Shown here: one piece after another, positions 47,233 through 57,421 of the stretch
Numbering within the stretch: the first letter of the stretch is position 1
Layout: each line of letters begins with the position of its first letter
Origin: Longimicrobiales bacterium
Lineage (GTDB): Bacteria; Gemmatimonadota; Gemmatimonadetes; Longimicrobiales; Gaopeijiaceae
Direction: 5' to 3'
Assembly: GCA_965226375.1 (NCBI GenBank)
Contig: CBDDCX010000008.1
Coordinates: forward strand, 704,001-768,000
DNA length: 64,000 bases
Made by a program: the position numbers and the translations under genes
The notes under the pieces: model-generated
Told to the model about the DNA's origin: nothing
Seen by the model: only the letters and a program-made list of their open reading frames with translations
Databases searched by the model: none

Positions 47233-47820
47233 GTGACCGAAGAAGAAGCAGCAGAATCACCAACCGCGGACAAGTCCGCGGTGTCCGCGGAGCCATCCGC
47301 AGGGGCGCCACCGGAGGTGGCGCCCACAGAAGCACCCGCAGGAGCGCCCGCGGCGGCACCCGCCGAGTCGTCTCCCGCAGAGTCGTCTCCCGCTCCCGCA
47401 GAGGCGTCTGCGGCAGCTCCGTCGGAGGCGCCCGAAGCGGCTCCATCGTCGCGTAGGCGCGGCAAGAAGGTCGTAGAGGCCGAAGGGGTCGCGCATATCC
47501 AGGCGACCTTCAACAACACGCTGATCACGATCACAGACAACGCGGGCAACACCGTCGTCTGGGGCAGTGCCGGCAAGGCAGGCTTCAAGGGCTCCAAGAA
47601 GTCGACACCCTTCGCCGCAACCGTGGCCGCCGAGCAGTGCGGTCGCGAGGCCGTGGCCATGGGTGTCAAGCGCGTGAACGTCCGAGTCCAAGGGCCCGGC
47701 TCGGGGCGCGAGTCCGCGATTCAGGCTCTCTCGGCGGCGGGGTTGCACATCAAGTCCATTCAGGATGTCACCCCGCTTCCCCACAACGGTTGCCGCCCGC
47801 CCAAGAAACGTCGGGTCTAG
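47233..47820 (+). CDS. rpsK: 30S ribosomal protein S11 with ~70-aa Ala/Pro/Glu N-terminal extension
   Basis: [10 protein letters not shown] and [17 protein letters not shown] at 47233 after GAAGGA; no in-frame ATG near the usual start. Confidence 0.93.
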   Translation: MTEEEAAESPTADKSAVSAEPSAGAPPEVAPTEAPAGAPAAAPAESSPAESSPAPAEASAAAPSEAPEAAPSSRRRGKKVVEAEGVAHIQATFNNTLITITDNAGNTVVWGSAGKAGFKGSKKSTPFAATVAAEQCGREAVAMGVKRVNVRVQGPGSGRESAIQALSAAGLHIKSIQDVTPLPHNGCRPPKKRRV

Positions 47821-47842
47821 TCAGGTCTAGAAGAGAAACAGC

Positions 47843-48478
47843 ATGGCACGATATACAGGACCGGTTTGCAGACTCTGTCGCCGTGAGGGGCAGAAGCTCT
47901 TTCTGAAGGGTCAGAAGTGCTACACGGAGAAGTGCGCCGTCGAGCGGCGCGCCTATCCTCCGGGTCAGCACGGCCCGGCTCACGCTCGTCGGCGCAAGCA
48001 GTCGGACTACGCCGTCCAGCTCCGTGAGAAGCAGAAGGTCAAGAGAATCTATGGGCTCCACGAGCGTCAGTTCCGGAGCCTGTTCGAGCGTGCCACCACC
48101 CGAGACGGCATCACGGGTGAGAACATGCTCATCTCGCTCGAGTCCCGGTTGGATAATGTGATCTTCCGGATGGGATTCGCACCGAGCCGAGGCGCCGCCC
48201 GACAGATCGTTCGGCACCGCCACGTGGAGGTGAACGGGCGCACAGTGGACGTGCCGTCCTACCAGGTGGGCCCCGGTGACGAGATTGCCATCCGACCCAA
48301 GTCCAAGGACATGGTGTCGGTCCAGGTGAGCCTCGAAGCCAGGACCCGACCCGCTCTTGTAGAGTGGCTCGTCCTCGACGAGAAAAATCGCGTCGGCCGG
48401 ATGACCCGTCGCCCAACGCGACTGGACATTCCGCTGGCGGTCCAAGAACAGCTCATCGTGGAGCTCTACTCGAAGTAA
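47843..48478 (+). CDS. rpsD: 30S ribosomal protein S4
   Basis: [23 protein letters not shown] and IVELYSK. Confidence 0.98.
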   Translation: MARYTGPVCRLCRREGQKLFLKGQKCYTEKCAVERRAYPPGQHGPAHARRRKQSDYAVQLREKQKVKRIYGLHERQFRSLFERATTRDGITGENMLISLESRLDNVIFRMGFAPSRGAARQIVRHRHVEVNGRTVDVPSYQVGPGDEIAIRPKSKDMVSVQVSLEARTRPALVEWLVLDEKNRVGRMTRRPTRLDIPLAVQEQLIVELYSK

Positions 48479-49536
48479 TGGAGGCTTCCGTGCAGATAGA
48501 TCTTACCGGATTGGTACTACCCGAGCGGATCGAGGTCGCCGGGACCTCGGATGATGGGCGCTCGGCTGAGTTCGTGATCGAGCCTCTCGAGCGTGGCTTC
48601 GGCCACACTCTGGGCAACTCGGTGCGCAGGGTGCTCCTGTCGTCGCTCCGTGGAGCGGCCGTGTGGGCATTCCGGATCGACGGTGTGGTGCACGAGCACC
48701 AGATCGTTCAAGGCGTGGTCGAAGACGTCCATCAGATCATCCAGAACCTCAAGTCTCTGGTCGTGACCCTGGACGACGACATCGACGAGGCGACCCTCGA
48801 GATTCGCGTGGACGAGGCGGGTCCCGTAACGGCGGCGAACATCACGCCGTCCGGGGGAGTGACCGTCCACGACCCGGACCATCACCTGATGACGCTCCAG
48901 GACAAGCGCAAGCTCAACATCGAGCTGCACGTCAACAAGGGCCGTGGATTCGTATTGGCCAACCAGCACGAGCTTCCCAGGGGAGCGCCGGTCGACATGG
49001 TCCGTATCGACGCGATCTACAACCCCGTCCGCCGCGCCAACTTCTCCGTCGAGGAGACGCGGGTCGGGCAGCGGACCGACTTCGACCGGCTGACCCTGCT
49101 CGTCGAGACGGACGGATCCGTCGATCCGGAGTTTGCGGTCCGTTACTCGTCGGAACTGGTTCGGAAGCATCTCGAGTTCATGCTCTACTTCGGCGAGGGC
49201 GGCGTGCCGCAGATCACGCCTCCCGGTGCCGTCGAGGTTCCGGATCGCCTACGCGACCTGTTCGACCGTCCCATCGAGGATCTGGCCGAATTAAGCGTAC
49301 GGTCCCGTAACTCATTGCAGAAGGAGAACATCCGCACTCTCGGCGATCTCGTTCAGCGCTCCGAAGACGAGATGCTGGGCATCGAGAACTTCGGTAAGAA
49401 GTCGCTCAAGGAGATCTCGGACTTCCTTGATGAGCATGGCTTACACTTCGGTATGAGCCTAAGGCAGGGCGACGACGGTCAGCTCTTCCTCGTGGACGAG
49501 GATCCGGTCGAGCAGGCCGAGGCCAGCGAGGAATAG
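48478..49536 (+). CDS. rpoA: RNA polymerase alpha subunit
   Basis: [22 protein letters not shown] and [10 protein letters not shown]. Start is 48478 or 48490. Confidence 0.98.
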   Translation: MEASVQIDLTGLVLPERIEVAGTSDDGRSAEFVIEPLERGFGHTLGNSVRRVLLSSLRGAAVWAFRIDGVVHEHQIVQGVVEDVHQIIQNLKSLVVTLDDDIDEATLEIRVDEAGPVTAANITPSGGVTVHDPDHHLMTLQDKRKLNIELHVNKGRGFVLANQHELPRGAPVDMVRIDAIYNPVRRANFSVEETRVGQRTDFDRLTLLVETDGSVDPEFAVRYSSELVRKHLEFMLYFGEGGVPQITPPGAVEVPDRLRDLFDRPIEDLAELSVRSRNSLQKENIRTLGDLVQRSEDEMLGIENFGKKSLKEISDFLDEHGLHFGMSLRQGDDGQLFLVDEDPVEQAEASEE

Positions 49537-49546
49537 GGCAGAGACG

Positions 49547-49900
49547 ATGAGGCACAGAAAGAAGGGCCGGGCCCTCTCCCGGACCGCCAGTCACAAGAAG
49601 GCGACGATGCGCAACATGGTAACGTCGCTCTTCCAGCACGAGCGGATCGAGACCACCACGGCCAAGGCCAAGGAGCTCCGTCCGTTCGCCGAGCGGCTCA
49701 TTACGCTGGGCAAGCGGGGTGACCTGCACGCTCGCCGTTTGGCCGGCCGCCAGATCGCAGACCGGGATGTTCTCGGTAAGCTCTTCGACGACATCACCCC
49801 GCGCTTCACCGAGCGGCCGGGCGGATACACCCGCATCCTCAAGTTGGGGACTCGTCGAGGAGACGCCGCAGAGATGGCGCTGATCGAGTTGGTCGATTAG
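49547..49900 (+). CDS. rplQ: 50S ribosomal protein L17
   Basis: [10 protein letters not shown] and RPGGYTRI. Confidence 0.98.
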   Translation: MRHRKKGRALSRTASHKKATMRNMVTSLFQHERIETTTAKAKELRPFAERLITLGKRGDLHARRLAGRQIADRDVLGKLFDDITPRFTERPGGYTRILKLGTRRGDAAEMALIELVD

Positions 49901-49955
49901 ACTGGCGAGATCTCGAATCTCTCGTACTGAACACGAGCGGGGAGTACAGCATATA

Positions 49956-50510
49956 ATGGCATCGTTCGGGTCCCGAAAAGGCGCCGCTGACGGCGGGTCC
50001 GTAGTTCTGATGGTGGCGACATTTGTTATCATCGGCGGTTTTCTAGCTTGGCTGAACATACAGACCGCCGAGAGTGAGGTGGAGGTGGTCTTAGACTCCT
50101 CCGCTGGCTCCGGGTTGTTGGATTCGGCCCCCATTGTGGACGCAGCCACGTTTGGCTCCGATCCCATGGCACATACCGCGGGTGTCATCCGGATCAACAA
50201 CCTGTCGGTGCAGAGCGCTGTGGGTTCCGCGGGCTTCTTCGTGGAGATGCCGAACCAACCGGGGCCGTACCTGATCAAGATGGGAGCCCGGGTGCTGGCT
50301 GACAGCGTGGCGGTCCCAAGTGGCTCCACGGTCTCGTTGGTCGGTCAGGTCTACGCCATGTCGGACAGTGTGGCGGACGACTGGGTGGCATCAGGTGCGA
50401 TCACGGAGAACGACAGGATCTTGGCGACGTTCGCGCAGTCGTTCTTGGAGATAGTGGACATCATCGTCATGGAAGGCGGGGGCGGCGACGATGGTGGTGG
50501 AGATAACTAA
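49956..50510 (+). CDS. Hypothetical protein with N-terminal membrane anchor and acidic extracytoplasmic domain
   Basis: Single TM ([18 protein letters not shown]); fills the gap between rplQ and rpmB. Confidence 0.7.
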   Translation: MASFGSRKGAADGGSVVLMVATFVIIGGFLAWLNIQTAESEVEVVLDSSAGSGLLDSAPIVDAATFGSDPMAHTAGVIRINNLSVQSAVGSAGFFVEMPNQPGPYLIKMGARVLADSVAVPSGSTVSLVGQVYAMSDSVADDWVASGAITENDRILATFAQSFLEIVDIIVMEGGGGDDGGGDN

Positions 50511-50536
50511 CGGGCTCAGCCCGAGGATATAGAGAA

Positions 50537-50752
50537 ATGGCTCGAGTGTGCTATTTGTGTGGCAAGGGACCTGCGACGGGGAACAACGTGAGTCACGCCC
50601 ACAACAAGACCAGACGGCGTTGGCTGCCGAACCTGCAGACCGTGAAGATCGTGACCCCGGAGGGCGACCGGCGTCGCGTGCGCGTCTGCACGAGCTGCAT
50701 CAAGGGCGGCAAGGTCATCAAGGCCCCCCCGGTCAATCCGGTCGAGGTCTAG
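50537..50752 (+). CDS. rpmB: 50S ribosomal protein L28
   Basis: [30 protein letters not shown]. Confidence 0.98.
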   Translation: MARVCYLCGKGPATGNNVSHAHNKTRRRWLPNLQTVKIVTPEGDRRRVRVCTSCIKGGKVIKAPPVNPVEV

Positions 50753-50780
50753 GACGGCTGCACGGTCGAGACGTGTAACG

Positions 50781-50814
50781 CGCCTCCGGGACCTGTGGGT
50801 CTCGGGGGCGTTTT
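50781..50814 (+). terminator. Rho-independent terminator after rpmB
   Basis: CGCCTCCGGGACC-TGTG-GGTCTCGGGGGCG followed by TTTT. Confidence 0.7.
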
Positions 50815-50928
50815 CGCGTTTGGGGGCAGGTGGTGGGATGGGGGATGGCCGGGTGAGCGACCCGAGGGGGCCGTCGTCGCAGGAGATTTCTTGCCTTGGG
50901 GATCCGTCCTGCCCCTATATTGGCGTCC

Positions 50929-51735
50929 ATGAACACTGCCGAGACACTTGAAGTGCCCGTCGGTGTCCCCCCCCTGGCCGGCCGGACTGTGGTGGTTACC
51001 AGGCCGAAGGCGCAGGCTGCGGAGTTGGCAGATGCGCTGGAGCGCCTGGGTGCTAACGTCATATGCTTCCCCACCATTCGTATCGTACCTCCCGATGATC
51101 CCGGGGCCCTGGAGAGAGCCTTATGTGGCGAGGCGGAGCACGATTGGGTGGTGTTCACTTCCGTGAACGGTGTTCTCGCCTTTGAGGCGGCGGCCGAGGC
51201 TGCGGGTCTCGACTCGCGTGCCTGCGTGCGTGATGCGTCCATCTGCTGTATCGGACCGGCCACGGCGCGAACGGCAGAGGCCGCCGGCCTTTCAGTCGAC
51301 CTGATACCCGAAGCCCATGTGGCGGAGGGCGTCCTGGAGGCGCTGGTCGCCACCGGTTCGCTGAACGGTCTGCGTATCCTCCTGCCCGTGGCCGACGGTG
51401 CCCGAGATGTTCTGCCGCAAGGACTTCGGGCGGGGGGTGCGGCGGTGGACGTCACCACCGCCTACCGGACGGAAGCGATCGAAGAGGCCCCACAGGACGT
51501 GCTCGCCGAGCTGGAGACCGGCGTGGATCTTGTGACCTTTACCTCACCGTCGTCCGTTCGGGGTTTTCGTAGGCTCGTGAAGGGACCCCCGATCGCTCCG
51601 GCCGCCGTCATCGGTCCGATCACAGCATCGACCGCGCGCGGCCTCGGGTACGATGTTACTGTGGAGGGGGAAGACTTTACGGTTGCGGGCTTGGTGGAGG
51701 CGGTGGTGTGCCACTACAGGGATGAACGCCAATGA
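50929..51735 (+). CDS. hemD: Uroporphyrinogen-III synthase
   Basis: LAGRTVVVTRP, WVVFTSVNGV, CIGPATA and TFTSPSSV. Confidence 0.92.
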   Translation: MNTAETLEVPVGVPPLAGRTVVVTRPKAQAAELADALERLGANVICFPTIRIVPPDDPGALERALCGEAEHDWVVFTSVNGVLAFEAAAEAAGLDSRACVRDASICCIGPATARTAEAAGLSVDLIPEAHVAEGVLEALVATGSLNGLRILLPVADGARDVLPQGLRAGGAAVDVTTAYRTEAIEEAPQDVLAELETGVDLVTFTSPSSVRGFRRLVKGPPIAPAAVIGPITASTARGLGYDVTVEGEDFTVAGLVEAVVCHYRDERQ

Positions 51736-52301
51736 GCGAGGAACAGCAGGGCTTGGACGGCGGCGGCCAACCCATCACGGCACCTGATCTCGAGGCTCTC
51801 GACACACGGGAGTCGATCCTGGATCCTGTGGTGTTGCGGTACACCGTAATGACCTATCTCGTGGTCTTGCCCGTCGGACACCTCTATTCAGTGTCGGTGT
51901 TCGGTGCCATGGCTACGCTGAGCGATTTCTTTCTGGGCATCATCCTGCTGGCCGGGTTCGCCGAGCTCGATCGCATGATTCCACATTACAGGGCACGGCG
52001 TAAGGAGCAGACGCCCCTGCTCCCTGCTCACCGGGCATTCCACGCGGCGGCGTTCCTGTTCATGGCCTTTAGTGGTTGGGTGGCCCTCGGGGGATTGTGG
52101 GGTTTTCACCCCGGCTATGCGGTCACTAAGGGCGTGGCATACATGGCCCTGGGACTGGGGGCGCTGGCCATCGTATGGTGTGGTGCGGAGTGGAACAAGG
52201 CGGCGGACGCGTCTTCCAGCGGCTGGTCCGCGGGCAGGATCTGTCCCAGGAAGACGAAGACGCCGAGCGATTCAGCGAGGGTTAAGCGACCGAGCGTATG
52301 A
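51732..52301 (+). pseudogene. Truncated polytopic membrane protein (possibly O-antigen ligase/polymerase N-terminus) with a junction-derived tail
   Basis: Four TM segments then an abrupt non-membrane tail; another frame at 52211-52285 reads like the C-terminus of a different gene. Confidence 0.5.
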
Positions 52302-52900
52302 GCACTCCCGAGAGCACATCAGACTACTTCGTTCACGAATCCAGCTTCGTGGACCCCGGGGCACGGATCGGTGCGGGGACCAAGATCTGGCACTTCTGTC
52401 ACGTCATGCCGGAGGCCGAAATCGGCGAGAACTGCTCCCTCGGGCAAAACGTCGTTGTCATGAGCCGGGTCAAGATCGGAGACGGTGTGAAGATCCAGAA
52501 CAATGTGTCCATTTACGAGGGAGTCGAGCTCGAGGCGGACGTCTTCTGCGGTCCCTCGATGGTCTTCACCAACGTGATCAACCCACGCAGCCATGTCTCC
52601 CGGAAGGAAGAGTACAGAAAGACCCTCGTGAGGCGGGGAGCGACGATCGGCGCAAACGCCACGATCGTCTGCGGAGTGACGCTGGGCTCGTATTCGTTCG
52701 TCGCCGCCGGAGCGGTGGTGACCAGGGACGTTCCGAGCTTCGCACTGGTCGCAGGTGTGCCCGCACGTCGGATCGGGTGGGCGTGTCGCTGCGGCATCAA
52801 ACTCGAGTCCGCGATCGGAAGGGTGGTGTGCGACGAGTGCGGCACGGAGTACGTCGCCACGGCAGATTCCGTACGGATGACAGGATCGACCGATGAGTGA
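52298..52900 (+). CDS. wbpD: Hexapeptide-repeat N-acetyltransferase, WbpD/WlbB-like
   Basis: IGAGTKIWHFCH, KIQNNVSIYEGV, FCGPSMVFTNVINPRS and C-terminal Zn ribbon. Confidence 0.88.
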   Translation: MSTPESTSDYFVHESSFVDPGARIGAGTKIWHFCHVMPEAEIGENCSLGQNVVVMSRVKIGDGVKIQNNVSIYEGVELEADVFCGPSMVFTNVINPRSHVSRKEEYRKTLVRRGATIGANATIVCGVTLGSYSFVAAGAVVTRDVPSFALVAGVPARRIGWACRCGIKLESAIGRVVCDECGTEYVATADSVRMTGSTDE

Positions 52901-53270
52901 TCCGTCGTCCTTCAAGATTGCGCTCGCCGGGTGCGGACGAATCAGCAAGAACCACTTCGAGGCCATCGATCACATCGATGGGCTTCGGCTCTCCGCCGTC
53001 TGCGACATCGAACTGGACCGCGCACAGGCGGCCGGATCCCAATGGTCGGTGCCCTCCTTCGGGTCGATCGAAGAGATGCTCGGCCACGCGGACTGCGATG
53101 CCGTCAGCATCGCGACGCCGTCGGGACTGCATCCGGCCCACGGCATCCTCGCGGCGCGCGCGGGCAAACATGTGATATCCGAAAAGCCCATGGCCATCAC
53201 CCTCGAGGCCGCGGACGAGCTTCTGCACACCTGTGACGAAGCGGGAGTGCACCTCTTCGTAATCAAGCAA

Positions 53271-54338
53271 ATGGGGTATTGCCTTAAGTCCACCGCCCAC
53301 TACATGTTGTGGTCATGGCGGTTCCGGCTTCTCAGCTCCGTGGCGGCGTGGACTATCCCCGTACGCGGCTGGAGTTGGACGAGTTCTTCCCCGACGATGC
53401 GGCATGCCTGGAGTACGTGGAGGGTCTGCGCTGGCCGGAAGGGTTTGTGTGCGTGGGCTGTGGCGGGTTGGGAGAGGTCTGGCGAGCATCGCGGGGGCGT
53501 CTCGTCTGCCCACACTGTCGAAGGCAGACCTCGGTGCTGGCGGGAACCGTGTTCCACCGCACGCGCTCGCCCCTGCGTCTGTGGTTTCTCGCTGCCTGGG
53601 AGCTCACGAGCCAGAAATACGGAGCCAATGCTCTCGGGCTCCAGCGCGTGCTCGGACTGGGAAGCTACAAGACAGCGTGGGTCTGGCTCCACAAGCTCCG
53701 CCGGGCCATGGTCCGACCGGATCGCGACCAGCTGAGCGGCGTTGTGCAAGTGGACGAGAGCTATGTCGGGGGCGTGGAGGCTGGAGTGCGGGGCCGCGAG
53801 ACGATCAAGAAGGCCATCGTCGCGATCGCCGCCGAGGTCGACGGACGCAAGATCGGGAGAATACGGCTGCGTTGGGTGCCCGACCTCTCCGCTCCGGTTC
53901 TGCGAGGCTTCGTCAAGGATAGCATCGCACCGGCAAGCACGGTGCATACCGACGGATGGCCAAGCTATCAGGGACTCGCCAAACTGGGCTTTCGCCACAC
54001 GGTCACGAACCTCTCGACCTCCGGCGATCCCGCTCACGTGCTCATGTCGGCCGTACATCGGGTGGCGTCTCTCCTCAAGCGCTGGGTCCTCGGAACCCTC
54101 CAAGGAGGGATCGCCCGCGAACACCTCCCCTACTATCTGGACGAGTTCACCTTTCGCTTCAACCGACGCACATCCCGGGCTCGCGGCCTGTTGTTCTACC
54201 GCTTGCTTGAGCAGGCTGTTCAGTGTGCTCCCACGCCAGCTTCGGCCCTTTACCTCGGCACCGGACGTGGGAAACGGCCCGCAGAGCCCCGGTAACCACT
54301 ATATCTTGGGGTCGGTGGACTTAAGGGAATACCCCCTT
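53271..54338 (+). mobile_element. IS1595-family insertion sequence
   Basis: Terminal IRs GGGGTATTGCCTTAAGTCCACC / GGTGGACTTAAGGGAATACCCC; flanking direct repeat TCAAGCAA(A) at 53263 and 54339. Confidence 0.92.
53315..54295 (+). CDS. IS1595-family transposase
   Basis: Zn ribbon (RWPEGFVCVGC...CPHC), VQVDESYVGG, VHTDGWPSY and YLDEFTFRFNRR. Confidence 0.93.
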   Translation: MAVPASQLRGGVDYPRTRLELDEFFPDDAACLEYVEGLRWPEGFVCVGCGGLGEVWRASRGRLVCPHCRRQTSVLAGTVFHRTRSPLRLWFLAAWELTSQKYGANALGLQRVLGLGSYKTAWVWLHKLRRAMVRPDRDQLSGVVQVDESYVGGVEAGVRGRETIKKAIVAIAAEVDGRKIGRIRLRWVPDLSAPVLRGFVKDSIAPASTVHTDGWPSYQGLAKLGFRHTVTNLSTSGDPAHVLMSAVHRVASLLKRWVLGTLQGGIAREHLPYYLDEFTFRFNRRTSRARGLLFYRLLEQAVQCAPTPASALYLGTGRGKRPAEPR

Positions 54339-55058
54339 TCAAGCAAAACCGGCTCAATCCTCCCGTCCAGCTCGTTAAGGCGGCTGTCGACAAGGGGCGT
54401 TTCGGTCGCATTCACCTCGTGAACGCGACCGTGCGGTGGACGCGTCCTCAAGAGTACTACGACATGGCCAAGTGGAGGGGCACTTGGGAGTTCGATGGAG
54501 GGGCCTTCATGAACCAGGCGTCGCACTACGTCGATCTCGTGCTGTGGCTGGGCGGGGCCGTCGAGTCGGTCATGGCGAAAACAGTGACACTGGCCAGGAA
54601 TATCGAGGCAGAGGACACGGGCGCGGCCGTACTCCGGTTCAGACATGGAGGGATCGGCGTGATCGAGGTCACCATGCTCACCTATCCCAAGAACTTCGAG
54701 GGTTCGTTCACGATCCTGGGTGAGAACGGCACCGTCAAGATCGGTGGCACGGCGGTGAACAAGATCGAGAAGTGGGAGTTCGCCGAATCTGACGACGACG
54801 ATCTGCTGGTTGAAGCGGCCAATTCCGAACCGCCCTCCGTCTATGGCTCGGGGCACGAGCCGTACTACAGGAATGTGCTTGCTGTGCTACGCGGGGAAGC
54901 AGCGCCGGGCACGGACGGTCGCGAAGGGCGCAAGTCTCTCGAGCTCGTTCGCGGCATCTATGAGTCTGCCAAGACCGGCTGCGAAGTGCCATTGCCCATC
55001 TGACGGTCAGGGCCTTGCCGGTCTGACCTGCCGACCGATGGCCGACCGGACAAGGGCG

Positions 55059-56162
55059 CTACTGAGCTGCCGCCCGTTCCAGCATCATCTGCACGTCAGG
55101 GACGAGCCGTTCCGCCCCTTCCACGCTGAGATGGCCCCGATCCCGCCATAATAGACGATCCCCGGCATGAGATTCGCATCGCGTCTCGGGACAGAGCCGC
55201 TCGGTGAAGTCGGCTATCAACAGCGCCGGCCACTGTGCTCGCAACCCCTCAAGGTACCGGCGATTGGCCTCCCGCTCATCGGCGATTTCTTCCAGTGAAA
55301 ACTCATCATGGCGCATTCCGCACACGATGGACGAGGAATCGACCCCTCCGGAGAGTGCGGCTCCAACCGGCACGTCACTCCTCAGGTGCTGCCTAATGTT
55401 GTCGAGGAAGCGTTCGCGGACAGCTTCGACCGCCTGCGGGTACGTGAGCTTGGACTCGACTCTGAACTGGGGCCGCCACCATCGAGGCAATTCGGTCAGC
55501 TGCCCGCTGGCGAGATCCAGGGACAGGGCCGTTCCTTGAGCAAGATGGGAGGCGCCCCGCACGAACGACTGGTTCACGGTGTCGTAGTCACCGTGAACCA
55601 GATAGTCGTAGCTGCGCTGCCAGTCGAGCTCGGGCGTTCCGGAGCGAAGCCGGAGGAGAGCCCCCAGCTCCGAGGCGAACACCAGCACTCCATCGGCATG
55701 GTCGAAGAACAGCGGTTTGATTCCGAACGGGTCCCTCACGAGGGTCAGCGTCTCACCCCGCGAATCGTAGATGCAGAAGGCGTACATTCCCGTCAGTCGG
55801 GGAAGGCAATCTGGACCCCAATGGGCCCATGCCTCGAGGAGGACCTCCGAGTCTCCGGAAGAACGGAACTCGACACCGACTCGCTCGAGCTCTTCCCTCA
55901 ACTCCACGTAGTTGTACACCTCGCCGTTGTACACGAGTGCGTACCGCCCGCAGCGCGACCACATGGGCTGCCGGCCCCGGTCGGTCAGATCGAGAATGGC
56001 GAGGCGGGTGTGCCCGAGGGCCACGGTCCCTCGCTCCGAGCGCCTGAACAGCGTGTCGTTTCCGTCCGGCCCCCGATGAGTCAGCGCATGGGCCGCGCCA
56101 GCGAGGCGGTTCTCGGCGTCGTGGGGCTCATGCAGCCACCACGCTCCGGCGAGGCCACACAC
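55059..56162 (-). pseudogene. Chimera: N-terminal ~285 aa of asparagine synthase/amidotransferase (AsnB) fused to an SGNH-type C-terminal fragment
   Basis: MCGLAG, HRGPD, YNGEVYNY, RDPFGIKPL and LSGGVDSS, then an abrupt switch to LCPETRC...WRDRGHLSVEGA (DxxH). Confidence 0.75.
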
Positions 56163-56165
56163 CGG

Positions 56166-57381
56166 TCAGCTCCCCTCCCGTTCGGTGCTCATCCAGAATC
56201 GTCCAGCCACAGACTCGACAGGACGGGTCCATACCGGTCCATCGTGTGGTTCTCGCGGACCCAAGAAGCCTGGCTGGCCGTGTCGACTCCACCCGATCGC
56301 ACCTGGTCGACCGCTTGGCGGAGGGTCGCAGGCAGCTCGTCCGCGTCCGTGACGAGGATCGGACATCCGTCGGGCAGGAGATCTCGAAGACCTTCGTCGA
56401 TACCGCAGATCACTGCGCAGCCTCGCATCAACGCCTCGACCCTCTGAAGACCATACCAGCCGATCGTCAACTGATCGACAACGATATCGGCCTGATCGTA
56501 GAGGGCGAACAGCATCGGTCTGGAAACGCTGTACCTCGACCCGGTTTCAAGTTCGAGCTCCGGCGTGAGGATTACGTTCACGCCTGCATCCTCAGCCCGT
56601 AGAGCCTTCGCAGCGGGCTCCAGAAGCGCTGTGCCCTTCATCGCGACATTGGAGGGTGCGTGGAGGATCGTGACATCTCCAGCCGCCTCTGGCAGCGTCA
56701 GCGCCGCAACCGAGTCCGCACACTCGGCATCGAACTTCTCGAGGTCCAGGACAACGGGGAGGAACCGGGCCGACGGCACGATCGTGAGCAGGTCGGGGGT
56801 TGATACCAGGATGTGATGGGCGAAGTCGATGGAGTCCTTGACGAGGCGTTCCTGCCACGGCGCGGACCGGGGGGGGGGGGGGGGGGGGGCTCGTCCGCCA
56901 CATCGGCGATCCCCCGCAGGTGGCGATCCTTCCACACCACGTACTCTGGGTTGCGAATGTCCGTGCCGACAAAGTGCATGACGACACGTTTTCCGAATAG
57001 CCGATACAGTCTCAGCTCTATCCGTCGCGCTTTTCTGGTAAGAATCGTCTCTCCCGACAGGAAATGGAAGATATCGAAGCGCCACAAGGCTAGGAGGAAG
57101 AACAGAAGGGCGTGAGTCCATTGGACCGGAGATGGGTGATCACTATACTGGAGCTCGTAGGTGTAACTGGTGGGATACTGGGTGTACGAAACCTTGTGCT
57201 TCACGAAGGACTCGACCTCGACCTGGTCGCCCAGGTGCTGTTCGATCCACTTGGAGTACAGCCCGATCCGCCAGCCGATATTGACAGCACCAAAGAGTAG
57301 CCGTTTCTTTCCTTTGCCTTGTCGGCGGAAGGGCCACCCTATCGGCAGAGAAGGACTCAGTACTCGAACGAAGATCCTCAA
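56166..57381 (-). pseudogene. Glycosyltransferase (GT-B-like) frameshifted at a C21 tract; start uncertain
   Basis: Upstream frame FDIFHF...GKRVVMHFVGTDIR and downstream frame VSTPDLL...HAPSN..KGT...ADIVVDQL..GWYG...EAL meet out of frame at the homopolymer. Confidence 0.75.
56869..56889. repeat. G21 homopolymer (C21 on the coding strand)
   Basis: Counted directly in the sequence. Confidence 0.9.
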
Positions 57382-57421
57382 CCTCCTGAGGCGTTTTTGG
57401 CTGTTGCCGGGACTAGAAGGG

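Larger units (their letters stand above)
52893..55003 (+). pseudogene. wbpB: Gfo/Idh/MocA oxidoreductase, WbpB/WlbA-like, split by an IS
   Basis: 5' half GCGRISKNH...EKPMA...LFVIKQ; 3' half NRLNP...WTRPQEYY...WRGTWEFDGGAFMNQASHYVD; the halves rejoin in frame once the IS and one duplicated copy are removed. Confidence 0.9.

Noticed and set aside
52893..53735. 280-aa ORF as a complete oxidoreductase
   Set aside because: Everything after VIKQ is read-through into the IS.
55059..56162. AsnB homolog as the missing lasso cyclase
   Set aside because: It has an intact Cys1 glutaminase N-terminus typical of glycan amidotransferases, is truncated, and lies 27 kb away in a polysaccharide locus.
55020..57350. 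Invertase-controlled switch with IRs at the block ends
   Set aside because: Only a 7-bp match (CTGCCGA/TCGGCAG) was found, which is expected by chance, and there is no recombinase in the window.
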